Under the pieces are notes generated by a model that ran no database searches, was not told where the DNA came from, and was given only the letters and a program-made list of their open reading frames with translations. Position numbers and translations under genes: made by a program. Of a stretch of DNA of 64,000 nucleotides, positions 19,421 through 29,068 are shown in pieces. Numbering within the stretch: position 1 is the first letter of the stretch; each line of letters begins with the position of its first letter. Origin of the DNA: a virus (Duplodnaviria > Caudoviricetes); IMG/VR virus record IMGVR_UViG_3300005323_000042, positions 17,433-81,432 of that record; one strand, 5' to 3'.

Positions 19421-19430
19421 TCGTCACCTC

Positions 19431-19934
19431 TTATAACTTTTGAATTAAATCAACGAGCATTGCTTCAGGTAAATAGTTAGAAGCATACTTAATTTGAAAT
19501 GCAACAGCATCCACTGTACCTGCGCCGATTGTTGCTTTTAATTCATCACTGACAGTCGGGTATAGCACACAGTTATTAAATAACAGTTCATTAAACAATT
19601 CGTCTATCTGCGCCTGTGTAGTATTCTTTGGAAGCTGTTTCGATATCTTTTTAACTTCGGGTCTTGTAACGTACCTATAAATAAATATTTCATTGGGGCT
19701 GAAACGTGTAGCATATACCTGATCGCCATACATATCCTTCCACTGATCGACCGTTTCCTTACTAGGGCCACCCTCCTGTACGATAATATCCATCATGGTG
19801 GTTGTATTATTTTCTTTATCTTTGTTTATTTCATTGGTTGCATCTTCAATGGTCTTGTCATCTATATCCATTTGGTTTGCTACCTGTGACTGTAGTGCGA
19901 TCATCTGATTTGTAAAGTCTTTTTTATTAGACAT
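19431..19934 (-). CDS. Tail assembly chaperone
   Basis: WKDMYG..VY....FIYR...R.E.K...LFNNCVLYP pattern; follows the tube genes. Confidence 0.6.
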   Translation of the reverse strand: MSNKKDFTNQMIALQSQVANQMDIDDKTIEDATNEINKDKENNTTTMMDIIVQEGGPSKETVDQWKDMYGDQVYATRFSPNEIFIYRYVTRPEVKKISKQLPKNTTQAQIDELFNELLFNNCVLYPTVSDELKATIGAGTVDAVAFQIKYASNYLPEAMLVDLIQKL

Positions 19935-19953
19935 GTTTTATTCCTTTTGTTTT

Positions 19954-20622
19954 TTAAATTAGTACCTTTGCTATGAATTCATAACCGACAGATACGGGTG
20001 CCGCCGATGACTCTCTTGTCGTTTGCTGTGTGCGTATGAATGCATCTATAAATACCTTCTCTTCATAATCTGTCGAATCGGCATAACTGCCGATTCTGAA
20101 ATCGCGTATTTTTATTTGTAACGGACCTATAAATTCCGGATGAACAGGAGTGCCTTCGTCGGGACATTTCCAATATGTGTTCTTTAATGTCTTAATCGTT
20201 TCTGCATCAACTTCCTGTGCATACAGAAGTGTTTCCATATTATTGTAACTTGTTGAGAAATCTGTCAGGGGTTGAAAGTATTCGCCGGTCGCGTTTGGCA
20301 AATTTGTTTCGTTAGGCAGATGTACTCTTGTTGAACTAAGAGCTTCTTCAACAGTCTTGTCCTCTGAATTCTTTTGTTCTTTTGCTTTATTAATGTGGGC
20401 AAGGATATAACCATTGTTTGTGTAATTAACTGTAAATGTGCCATTGGCTATTGCTTTGCCCATAATAACAGTATCAAAATGATAACTCTTATATCCATAT
20501 ATCGGTATTTGTCCCGCAGTATATATTCCCATAATAGATGTCACTTCTGCAAGCGGCATATCGTTTATGTATATAACTGCTTGCGATCCGGTAAAGTACT
20601 GTGTTGTAAGTCTTGAACTCAT
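19954..20622 (-). CDS. Tube-fold baseplate/tail initiator protein
   Basis: YFTGSQAVIYI...PIYGY.SY.FD.V..GK.I.NGTFTVNY resembles the N-terminal half of the tube. Confidence 0.6.
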   Translation of the reverse strand: MSSRLTTQYFTGSQAVIYINDMPLAEVTSIMGIYTAGQIPIYGYKSYHFDTVIMGKAIANGTFTVNYTNNGYILAHINKAKEQKNSEDKTVEEALSSTRVHLPNETNLPNATGEYFQPLTDFSTSYNNMETLLYAQEVDAETIKTLKNTYWKCPDEGTPVHPEFIGPLQIKIRDFRIGSYADSTDYEEKVFIDAFIRTQQTTRESSAAPVSVGYEFIAKVLI

Positions 20623-21428
20623 TACATAAACCTCAGTCTGTCCTGTTTAATCTGTTCTATTGCAGTATTATAATCTTCAACTGTCAGTTTCGAAGAGTTA
20701 ATGCCATTGTTGTTTATTGAATTAATTAATTCTGTCGATGTAACAGAACGCATAGGGGAGACGTGTCTGGCGAGATAGTTAACAGAATTTTCAGTGATAA
20801 GATCATTTACAGAGTGGACCTGCCCTTCATTCATAAAATCCACGCCGTAGATGCCGAGTCTTGACATATTACCAAGTTCATTTTCAAAGACAACGAGTAT
20901 ATCAAGTGGAGGCAACTGGTCAATACGATATAGTTTACTGTCAACTGCTTCAGCAGATTCATATGCAAGAGCATAATCAAAAAGTTCATGCAATATGCGG
21001 TCTTTCATAACGGTAAAAATCATTGTACCGGCTATTGTCACATTACCGCGTGTAAAACCTCTGGCCGCAGTATAACCAAGAGATCTTACTGCTTCCTTGT
21101 CCCTGTAAACAGAATAACTTAATGTTTGTATTTCATCCAGTTCAATTATGGTCCTTGATACTGTAAGATTATCCCATGCTTTTTTAAGTTTATCCGCTTC
21201 TTCTGCAAAGTTTGTAATCTCAACACCGTTATCAATATCAGAAGATTCATCAGCCAAATCCTGAAGACTTTTGACCTGATCTTTGTATTCCTGCATAACG
21301 CTGTTTACATTTGACATGATTGCATATACCTTAACATCGGTTCCGGCATATGAAACGCTGTCATTATATTTGAGCGTTTTATTTTCTATATCTATAACAG
21401 TTGTCGATAGAACTTCTGTTTCAGCCAT
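20622..21428 (-). CDS. Tube-fold baseplate/tail initiator protein
   Basis: SYAGTDV, IQTLSYSVYRDK, GFTRG..TIAGTMIF and ENELG...NEGQVHSVNDL match tube motifs. Confidence 0.7.
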   Translation of the reverse strand: MAETEVLSTTVIDIENKTLKYNDSVSYAGTDVKVYAIMSNVNSVMQEYKDQVKSLQDLADESSDIDNGVEITNFAEEADKLKKAWDNLTVSRTIIELDEIQTLSYSVYRDKEAVRSLGYTAARGFTRGNVTIAGTMIFTVMKDRILHELFDYALAYESAEAVDSKLYRIDQLPPLDILVVFENELGNMSRLGIYGVDFMNEGQVHSVNDLITENSVNYLARHVSPMRSVTSTELINSINNNGINSSKLTVEDYNTAIEQIKQDRLRFM

Positions 21429-21484
21429 CAGTTTCTCTTGAAATTAATATTGCAAATGTTGGAACAGAGATTTGTCAAATCAAC

Positions 21485-21525
21485 AAAAAAAATCCCCTTA
21501 TCCTGTAGAATCAGGAAAGGGGATT
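21485..21525 (-). terminator. Rho-independent terminator after the tail tube gene
   Basis: On the minus strand: AATCCCCTT-TCCTG-loop-CAGGA-T-AAGGGGATT followed by a T run. Confidence 0.75.
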
Positions 21526-21547
21526 GTATAATCGATTTTACTATTTA

Positions 21548-22207
21548 TTAAGTTGAGGTTACAACCGGCGTTCCGCCTGCTCTTGTAAGCCTTAACCATT
21601 GTGTCATTGAACGTGCAATATAGGTGTACTGTTCTTCCATAACGAGATCGTCAACTGATACCCCGCCACCCTCGTTGAGGATTTCAAGGCCAACAATGAC
21701 TTTCTTCATGGACTGACCGTATTCATTTGCAGCAATCATATTTACATCGAAAGGTAAAATCTGATCGCCATACCAAGCCTCGACGTTCTTTCTGGAGAAT
21801 GTTGAATTATCCGCATCATAAGGTGAATAATCAACATCATTAACGCCGTCTTCAAATAACTGATCTAATGTGACCGCACCCTCGCCAGGATCGGTTGCTC
21901 TCCAATCGGTTGTATTAGCCCAGAATTTTCGGCTCTCGGCAGGAATATCGTTTAAGAAAGCCTGTCTGTCTATTGTAATGAAAACAAGTGATCCTGCAAT
22001 TGCCCGTTTACCTCTTGCGAATGCAAGCGGATCTGCAGACTGCCTCATAGTATATATCGGACCTTTCTCTCTTTGAACAGACCACGAAATTGCCTGTAGA
22101 GTGCCAAGCATTTTGTTTCCTACAACAGCAATGATATCAGAGCCGCCAAAGGACACATAGGCACCTTTTTCCATGTCTTGAGTATTATAACCTGTACTAA
22201 CTGCCAT
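21548..22207 (-). CDS. Major tail tube protein
   Basis: Directly follows the sheath gene. Motifs LQAISWSVQREK.P.Y, FARGKRAIAGSLVF and NEYG...GVSVDDL. Strong RBS and a downstream terminator. Confidence 0.8.
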   Translation of the reverse strand: MAVSTGYNTQDMEKGAYVSFGGSDIIAVVGNKMLGTLQAISWSVQREKGPIYTMRQSADPLAFARGKRAIAGSLVFITIDRQAFLNDIPAESRKFWANTTDWRATDPGEGAVTLDQLFEDGVNDVDYSPYDADNSTFSRKNVEAWYGDQILPFDVNMIAANEYGQSMKKVIVGLEILNEGGGVSVDDLVMEEQYTYIARSMTQWLRLTRAGGTPVVTST

Positions 22208-22230
22208 TTTGTGGACTCCTATTTATTTTA

Positions 22231-24432
22231 TTATTTACTTAACTTTGTATAGATTGTTAATCGTCTCATCTCACTCGCTGTAACAATTTCAAGTTTCAGA
22301 GCGGCTTCACCCCTGATTTCCATAGCACGTGTAGCTTTGATTGTGGCATTACCACCAAGGATATATGGTGATGTGCCTTCTGCAAAGCGTTTCAGCAATG
22401 AACGTATCTCTTCCTGAAGGGACAATCTTATATTTGAATTTGTAAGTGAACCGATATATTTTTCAGCGATCTTGCGGATGGACTCAAGTATTACAGCTGC
22501 TACTCTGCAGGTTGATCTGCGGGACCAGTCTGATGTTGACAGGGCGCCTGTCGGGGCATCTACTACTTTTACATAACCATCGGTATTCGTGTCATATATT
22601 ATATAACCAGCGCCAACGAGGGCATCTTTGGATACTTTTGGAAGTGTGAACGGCAGTCTTGCTTTGATAGAAACTGTTTTGCCGGTTGCAGGTATATTAG
22701 GATCTAGTTTCATTATCAAACCAGCGTATACGCCAGCACCAGGTGTCAGATAGCCAGATGTGGTTCCGTCATAGGATGTGTTAACAATAAGCGGATGAGC
22801 TATAACATCAACGTACCTTCCGATATCGGCGACCTGTCCATTATCAGTATCAACGATTGGCGTTCCATCAACATATCCGTTGTCTGTTCTAAACAAACCT
22901 GCGGAAACGTTTCTTGAACCAACTCTAAATTTATAACCCAACAGACCTGTTCCTGAACGTGTAATTGTACCAGACGTTATATCATATGTCGGGGCTTTGC
23001 CGATCCAGGTTGTAACTGCAGGTTTAGAATAGTTTTTAGGACCAACCATTGCGATAACACCGGAAGCCTCATTGGAGTTGGTGCTCAGACTGTCACAGTA
23101 AACGGCGAGCTGATGACCGAAGTTTGCTTCGTTAAAAGAAATATCAGGAGCGGCTATTGCTGTTGTAATGCCTGCATCTGAGGTACATGTCAAAACTTTT
23201 TCAATTGACAACTTGCCGGTTGCAAAAGCTTTAGCTGCAAAACCATCTATACCAAGTTCATAAGCTGAAGGTAAGGCATCAGCGGTATCTATATTGACGT
23301 CAAATGCATTTTTGAATGCAAAGAACAACTGTCCATTGAATGTAAATTCATATATCTTACCGAGAAAATCGCCTGTAGGACTTACATAATTAGGACTGTC
23401 TGTTTCATCATATTTACAGAAACCATCGTTGTCAACAACATTGGGAGCGTTGAAATAAACACCGGTAGGATAAACCATATCAATATTTGCTGCTTCAAGA
23501 TCCCAGTAAGCCCTTTGTAAAGCTGCAAACTTTTCATTGTAAGTAAGATCAAGGCCGTCATTGGCGGCAACAAATTTAATTTTATGTTGTGCCGTACCTG
23601 CTTCTGCGCCGCCGGTTATTGTCCAGTTTTCAGCGTTAGTTACTGTAACAACGCCGTCTGCATATGTAAGCTTTTTTGATACTGTGACTGTATATGTAGA
23701 ACTGTTCAATGTTACATAGTCAATTATATATACACCGTCGCCAGCTGTACCAGTTGTCTGTGCAAGTTCAACTACCTGGCCGGCCTTAAAACTGTTGTCT
23801 GAAGTTGTGAATGTTTTACTGTCTGTTACAAATGCAATGGTTTTTGTCGAACCAACATTGTAAGAAGAATTAGTGAAATTCTTCAGATCTGCAAAACTTG
23901 GACAACTTGCCAATGTTGACGAACTGCCTATTGTAATATTGGATGCTGTAAGGGTTGCGTCGCCATATACTAAAAATTCGCCATTATCAATTCCTGCTGC
24001 ACTATCAAAAAGAATTTCACCGGTTGTTGCATCGAGTATTCTTATTGTTTCTGCTGAGGTTGAAGTATTATAATTGTAATATAATTTATATTCTGTTCCC
24101 GCTCCATCGTATGCTTTCTTTGTTACGATTGTATGACCGTTTACAAAGTCAAGCATGACAGGTGTAGCACCAATTCTATAAGCAGCAACATATTTTGCAC
24201 CACTTTCAAGAACCTCGTAAATACCTTTCATTAAAGTGCCTTCTTTGGTTCCATCAGGATCGTATAAATATTCTGCAGCCATAGTATCAGTAACTAGATA
24301 CAGTGAGTTCGGTCCGTCAGGAGCAGTTCCCAAGACCAAAGTCACTTCGCCAGGTATGCTTTCGATAACACTTAAGTTACCGTCCTCTTTGTTAACATAA
24401 ACGCCTGGAAGATTATGGTACTGATTGTACAT
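22231..24432 (-). CDS. Tail sheath protein
   Basis: 733 aa with the N-terminal LPGVYV motif and a C-terminal sheath-like region (STCRVAAVILESIRKIAEKYIG). Lies upstream of the tube. Confidence 0.85.
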   Translation of the reverse strand: MYNQYHNLPGVYVNKEDGNLSVIESIPGEVTLVLGTAPDGPNSLYLVTDTMAAEYLYDPDGTKEGTLMKGIYEVLESGAKYVAAYRIGATPVMLDFVNGHTIVTKKAYDGAGTEYKLYYNYNTSTSAETIRILDATTGEILFDSAAGIDNGEFLVYGDATLTASNITIGSSSTLASCPSFADLKNFTNSSYNVGSTKTIAFVTDSKTFTTSDNSFKAGQVVELAQTTGTAGDGVYIIDYVTLNSSTYTVTVSKKLTYADGVVTVTNAENWTITGGAEAGTAQHKIKFVAANDGLDLTYNEKFAALQRAYWDLEAANIDMVYPTGVYFNAPNVVDNDGFCKYDETDSPNYVSPTGDFLGKIYEFTFNGQLFFAFKNAFDVNIDTADALPSAYELGIDGFAAKAFATGKLSIEKVLTCTSDAGITTAIAAPDISFNEANFGHQLAVYCDSLSTNSNEASGVIAMVGPKNYSKPAVTTWIGKAPTYDITSGTITRSGTGLLGYKFRVGSRNVSAGLFRTDNGYVDGTPIVDTDNGQVADIGRYVDVIAHPLIVNTSYDGTTSGYLTPGAGVYAGLIMKLDPNIPATGKTVSIKARLPFTLPKVSKDALVGAGYIIYDTNTDGYVKVVDAPTGALSTSDWSRRSTCRVAAVILESIRKIAEKYIGSLTNSNIRLSLQEEIRSLLKRFAEGTSPYILGGNATIKATRAMEIRGEAALKLEIVTASEMRRLTIYTKLSK

Positions 24433-24456
24433 TGTTGATCTCCTATGTTTGTAGTT

Positions 24457-25152
24457 TTATTTTTTAATTAATTCAATAGCAAGAGTTTCAAGTGTTTTTT
24501 CATAAACAAGTTTGATAGCCTGAGTTCTGACAAGGTAGACAAGCGGGCATGAGTACCATGTGAAATTTGATATCTCATTGAATTTATCTTCGTCGCGGCC
24601 TTCGAACCTTAATTGCAGTAATCCTTTTGCACGAAAAATATATCTATACGTATCAAGGATATCTTCAAGTTTATATGCAAATTTGTCTGCATCTCTGTAG
24701 TTTTTTGACCAGGCGCCGAGTCGTATTGTGTTGTCGTAGAATTTTGAAAAAACAAGAACTTTATAGCCGGGATTTAGTTTGTCTTCCACAATGTCACGAA
24801 GATTCCATCTTGAATCTTTGCGGCCTTCATGGGGTTTCATGCCTTTTTCTGTCGTAGCGTAACTGCGTGCAATTACACTATAACGCAGTGCATTCTGCTC
24901 ATCCTTTATATCCGTGCCCCATGCATGTTCCGGCTTAAACGTAAAGGATTTAAATTCCTGGGTTGAACTTTGTAACTTGTTCAGCAGATCATACAGGTCG
25001 TCTATAAATTCCGGCAGATCATAACCCCTTATAAAATTGCCGACAGATACCTCTTCATCGGGCATTGTAATCGGACCAATATTGTCAACCATATTAACTA
25101 TGATTGAATTGATTTCAGGATCTGTATGCTGAGGCTCAAAAAATCTTGACAT
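24457..25152 (-). CDS. Probable tail terminator/completion protein
   Basis: Lies between the neck genes and the sheath (synteny). Confidence 0.5.
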   Translation of the reverse strand: MSRFFEPQHTDPEINSIIVNMVDNIGPITMPDEEVSVGNFIRGYDLPEFIDDLYDLLNKLQSSTQEFKSFTFKPEHAWGTDIKDEQNALRYSVIARSYATTEKGMKPHEGRKDSRWNLRDIVEDKLNPGYKVLVFSKFYDNTIRLGAWSKNYRDADKFAYKLEDILDTYRYIFRAKGLLQLRFEGRDEDKFNEISNFTWYSCPLVYLVRTQAIKLVYEKTLETLAIELIKK

Positions 25153-25676
25153 TATTTTTGTACCTCACAGATACACTGATAAAATTCTATCCTTCCATCA
25201 TCGGAACACATTTCATTAACTCTGATAATTGTCATTTCAAGCTCTGCGGTAACAGGATTGATTACATTACCTGTTTCATCTATGGAGATCAGGATAATAT
25301 TGTCGTGGTATTCGACATGGTGTTTTGATGGTACATAAATAGTCTCTTTAATCGGCGATTCAGGACTGGCTTCTCCAACTAATTCATCCTGACGCATTCT
25401 TAGCGGAGTACTCTTTATGCGTATTAGGCGTTCGGTGCAAAGAAATCCATTTCTTGTCGTGGCAAAACCCCTGTCTTTGTCCTTGCCTTCGCCGGTAACT
25501 TTATATGTATCGCTGCTGCGGAGAGAAGTGCCATTGTTGTCTTTTATAATACTCTGCCATACGGCCCAACGTCCGCGCGATTTCTCGTCGCCACTACCAT
25601 ATATCATCGCGTCAAATCCGGAACGCAGATCTATATCTGTATAGATATTAAATGTGTCTGTTGCTAAATAACTCAT
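25152..25676 (-). CDS. Probable head closure/neck protein
   Basis: Synteny. C-terminal DDGRIEFY..ICE resembles head-closure proteins. Confidence 0.5.
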   Translation of the reverse strand: MSYLATDTFNIYTDIDLRSGFDAMIYGSGDEKSRGRWAVWQSIIKDNNGTSLRSSDTYKVTGEGKDKDRGFATTRNGFLCTERLIRIKSTPLRMRQDELVGEASPESPIKETIYVPSKHHVEYHDNIILISIDETGNVINPVTAELEMTIIRVNEMCSDDGRIEFYQCICEVQK

Positions 25677-27031
25677 AAGTATGTTATTGTATCATGCCAG
25701 GTGAATGCATCGAATCCTTCCCAGCCGAGTATATATTTTGAATCTTCATAAAAACGACTGTTGACACCTGGATTATATCTGTCCCACATTCTGCCAATGT
25801 CACTGTTGATATGATTGGAACTGCGCTTGAAGAAAGGATTGGCATAACCGTACGCAAGAAGCGATTTGATTTTTGCAATACTATCTTTTGTATCCTTTAC
25901 AAGACTGTTGTAAAGTTTAATTCTCTCTTTACTGGAGACTGCAAGTGAAAAATCACCGAGTTCTTTTTTAACATAATCGTGTATACCAGAGAAGGCATAA
26001 TTATTTACGAGTATATTGTACAGCGCTGTATAAAGTGTAAGTTTCTGACGTAGAATTGTTCTTCTTTTTTCATCAGGAACCCTGTTACCAACTGTCTGAT
26101 ATGCCTCTTCTGAAGCATAATAAATCGAGAGCGCAAGTGCGATATCGGTAATACCTGTTAAAACCGTGCCTGCAACAAGTCTTAATAATTTTGTTGACGA
26201 ATAATATGGATCAAGTTTTGCAACATAACTGAATGCATAATCATTTGGCATCAAACTTCCGTTTTCTGACGCGAAACCCTTTTTTATAAAAATTGATATA
26301 ACTACATTCCCAAGTTCTATATCGTCAGGAAGAACTATATCAACCGTTTTATCATCAACAGAGTTAATCGAAATGTCAGCATCAACAACCGTCGGCTGTT
26401 CATCAGACAATATGTTACCTGCATAGACAATTATCTTCGACAGCGATTGTGCACTTACATCAAGACTGAATGTTACTGATATATCTTTTCCTGTTATAAG
26501 AAACGAGTCGGCTTTTGGCGATGTGGATTCAACGTACATACCTGCCGTTGTAATATCTGTATCGTTTGCAAATACGACATTACTGCCAATAATAGAGACT
26601 GTTGTTGTTGGAATCGGCACTACAATTTCTTCTGTCATATCCTCTTCTCTTGTTGTAAAAGAGAATACGGCTATCTTTGCAGGCATATTGCCGGCAGTGT
26701 CAGCTATTGTATTTGAAATACTCACCGTGTATAAGGTATTAGACTGTAGTTTTGATGTGGGTTTAAAAGTAAGAGTGCAGTCGTCTGTAGTGATTTTTCC
26801 CTGTACGATTCCGGTAAAGGCATCTGTAAAAAAATCATCCGTTGCAAATACACCTTCAGGCTGAGGGATAGTATCCTTTATAACCAGTATGTTCGTCTTG
26901 TTAGTAGATAAGGTAACAGACGAATCATCAACAGTATTTGCATCGATTGTTTTGTCAAATACTATTTTGATTTCCGGAAGCAAAGAAACAAGTGTTGCGC
27001 CGGACAGAGGTATTGTAGATACGACTTGCAT
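25673..27031 (-). CDS. Neck/head-tail adaptor with N-terminal Ig-like (SbsA/Big_5-type) domains
   Basis: IKIVFDKTID..TV...SV.L and LTFKPTSKLQSNTLYTVSIS.TIADTAGN Ig motif. C-terminal KKELGDFSL adaptor-like segment. Confidence 0.6.
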   Translation of the reverse strand: MQVVSTIPLSGATLVSLLPEIKIVFDKTIDANTVDDSSVTLSTNKTNILVIKDTIPQPEGVFATDDFFTDAFTGIVQGKITTDDCTLTFKPTSKLQSNTLYTVSISNTIADTAGNMPAKIAVFSFTTREEDMTEEIVVPIPTTTVSIIGSNVVFANDTDITTAGMYVESTSPKADSFLITGKDISVTFSLDVSAQSLSKIIVYAGNILSDEQPTVVDADISINSVDDKTVDIVLPDDIELGNVVISIFIKKGFASENGSLMPNDYAFSYVAKLDPYYSSTKLLRLVAGTVLTGITDIALALSIYYASEEAYQTVGNRVPDEKRRTILRQKLTLYTALYNILVNNYAFSGIHDYVKKELGDFSLAVSSKERIKLYNSLVKDTKDSIAKIKSLLAYGYANPFFKRSSNHINSDIGRMWDRYNPGVNSRFYEDSKYILGWEGFDAFTWHDTITYL

Positions 27032-27037
27032 TATATC

Positions 27038-27652
27038 TTATTCGCTTTTCGTCATTAAACCAATTTGGTTAATCGGTATTGATATTTTGTTGATTAATTC
27101 AATCCTGCCGGTAATGAGATTTATAACAGATGCGCGTGCTTTTTTTTCTTTTCGGTTTTCGACTTCGAGCATTGCATTTAACAGTGTCATATCATCGATG
27201 CCGGGATTTACAATATTGTCAATTAAGGCGTTGTCTTCAGTTTTATTTTTACCAATTATCTTGTTGATTTCGACAACGGTTTTACTTAATATTTCTTCTG
27301 CTTCAGCGAGATATGCTTTGTACTTAATTTCTCTTTGCACATCTCTTGATACTGGAACAGCTTCCTGTTTTTTCTCTTCTCGTATCTCAGTTGTCTTAGT
27401 TAATCTCTGGATAGTTTCGTAAATAATATTTTCATTACTGTCAGTGGTAATAAGTCCTTTTGATAAACCAAGTTTTATTTCGCGGAGTGTATTCAAACTA
27501 AGTTTGTCAAGTTCAATTTCCATCGAAGTTTTATCTCCACCAAGATGCAGCGTCTTGTCCGTGGTAAACCAGAAAGGAACCAGTATAGGCTCTTTTGACA
27601 ATGTGTTTTTTATTTCACCAAGTGATATTTTAATCTTCATTCCCTTCCTCAT
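27038..27652 (-). CDS. Hypothetical virion-associated protein
   Basis: Intact ORF with SD, downstream of the major capsid gene. Confidence 0.6.
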   Translation of the reverse strand: MRKGMKIKISLGEIKNTLSKEPILVPFWFTTDKTLHLGGDKTSMEIELDKLSLNTLREIKLGLSKGLITTDSNENIIYETIQRLTKTTEIREEKKQEAVPVSRDVQREIKYKAYLAEAEEILSKTVVEINKIIGKNKTEDNALIDNIVNPGIDDMTLLNAMLEVENRKEKKARASVINLITGRIELINKISIPINQIGLMTKSE

Positions 27653-27666
27653 AAAATTTAATCACA

Positions 27667-27682
27667 GGGGCCTTACGGCCCC
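27667..27682 (-). terminator. GC-rich hairpin after the major capsid gene (weak terminator or 3' stabiliser)
   Basis: GGGGCC-GTAA-GGCCCC on the minus strand (GNRA loop); no clean U tract. Confidence 0.45.
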
Positions 27683-27697
27683 CATGTTTATTCATTG

Positions 27698-28954
27698 TTA
27701 TCCATTACTATGTTTAGTTCCATCAGCATTTAATATCTGATTGGAAGTAGACTGGGTTATCGGTGTGAAAGTAGAGATAGTAGGCTGTACTGGTACGACT
27801 AACTTGTTAGGTGTAATCTTAACGTTTTTAAATACGCCTACCGCGGCACCCTCATTATAAGGGACAACCTGATAACGTTCTCTTATTTTCAGAAAATGCA
27901 AATCCCTGACTCTGTCAGGTACTTCTTCCATAGTTGCCTCTTCATCAACTATCAGTGCTCCCAAGTTGTTTGTATCAACTAAGAAGATATTAGCTAATTT
28001 GGAAACAGGGTTATAAGGAATGTACGGACATACAATAACCTGAAGTGGGAATCCAATGTATCCAGGAAGTTTTGGAGCGCCCTGGCCGTTGTATTCAGGA
28101 AGATTAGCAACAGTGTTTGACTGGTTGCTTGTGCCAGGACCTGCTTTGCTCATTATGCCTCTGTCGAAAGGATAAGAGTTTAATGGATTGCCGGACCAGC
28201 CGTTAAACCATGATCCACCGCCATGATTAAGAGCGAAAGCTCTCAACTGAGGATCGGTAAGAAACATAGTGTAGGTGAGAGGATGAACTAAAAGTGCGTT
28301 TGGAACGAAACCATTCTGTAACAACTGACCATATGCCTGATAGATATCGTCGATTGTCAAAGAACCATTTGCAGTACCGTCTACGTCATAACCATTGGTA
28401 TTACCAAAGATCGAGCTGGAGGGTGCAACGTTATCATGAGTAACTACGCCCATTCTTGTCAACATTGAAAAGATTTTCTTTTCTTTGTGACGGGCTAAAG
28501 CCTGACCCATTTTTTTAACGTATAAACCTAACTGATCATAAAGGCTGTAGCGTCTCCATTCATCGGAGAATTTCATGGCGATACCAGCTTTCCCGATGGT
28601 GATACCCTGAGCGCCAGGCCCAAAGTTCACACTGACTTCCGGATACTCACCAGACTCGTCAATATCATCCGCTACAAATGCACCAATAGCGCCATATGAC
28701 ATCTGCATTCCAGGTTTATACTGGATTCTCTCTAAGAGAGTAGCGCCGATTAGTTGCGGCTCAATGGCTTCTCTTACCAAGTTTTCAATAGTTATCTGGA
28801 AAAATTGGGTTGAATTAGGATGAGAAAGAGCATCTTCCATTTCGATTGGATAGGATTCGCCACTTGTTTCATCGATAAATAAACCGTTATTTTTCCACAC
28901 AGAACTATATTGTTCTTGGCTTAAATCTTTCATGTCTTTTAATTTGAAAGGCAT
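27698..28954 (-). CDS. Major capsid protein (HK97-like)
   Basis: 418 aa with A.DI.ESGEYPE and IGKAGIAMKFSDE...MGQALARHKEKK motifs. Follows the protease and decoration genes. Confidence 0.85.
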   Translation of the reverse strand: MPFKLKDMKDLSQEQYSSVWKNNGLFIDETSGESYPIEMEDALSHPNSTQFFQITIENLVREAIEPQLIGATLLERIQYKPGMQMSYGAIGAFVADDIDESGEYPEVSVNFGPGAQGITIGKAGIAMKFSDEWRRYSLYDQLGLYVKKMGQALARHKEKKIFSMLTRMGVVTHDNVAPSSSIFGNTNGYDVDGTANGSLTIDDIYQAYGQLLQNGFVPNALLVHPLTYTMFLTDPQLRAFALNHGGGSWFNGWSGNPLNSYPFDRGIMSKAGPGTSNQSNTVANLPEYNGQGAPKLPGYIGFPLQVIVCPYIPYNPVSKLANIFLVDTNNLGALIVDEEATMEEVPDRVRDLHFLKIRERYQVVPYNEGAAVGVFKNVKITPNKLVVPVQPTISTFTPITQSTSNQILNADGTKHSNG

Positions 28955-29016
28955 TGTGTGGACTCCTTGTGTTTATTAATTGTTTGTGTTTTTTGTAAGT
29001 TTTTTAAAAGCAGGTA

Positions 29017-29061
29017 CTTCCCCACAAGAGCCGGCGTCAACCGAACTCTTGCGGAGGGAAG
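29017..29061 (-). promoter_or_regulatory. Long RNA hairpin in the 5' leader of the major capsid gene
   Basis: CTTCCC/GGGAAG, CGCAAGAG/CTCTTGTG and CGG/CCG stems. G-U pairs work only on the minus strand. Confidence 0.55.
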
Positions 29062-29068
29062 GGGGGGA

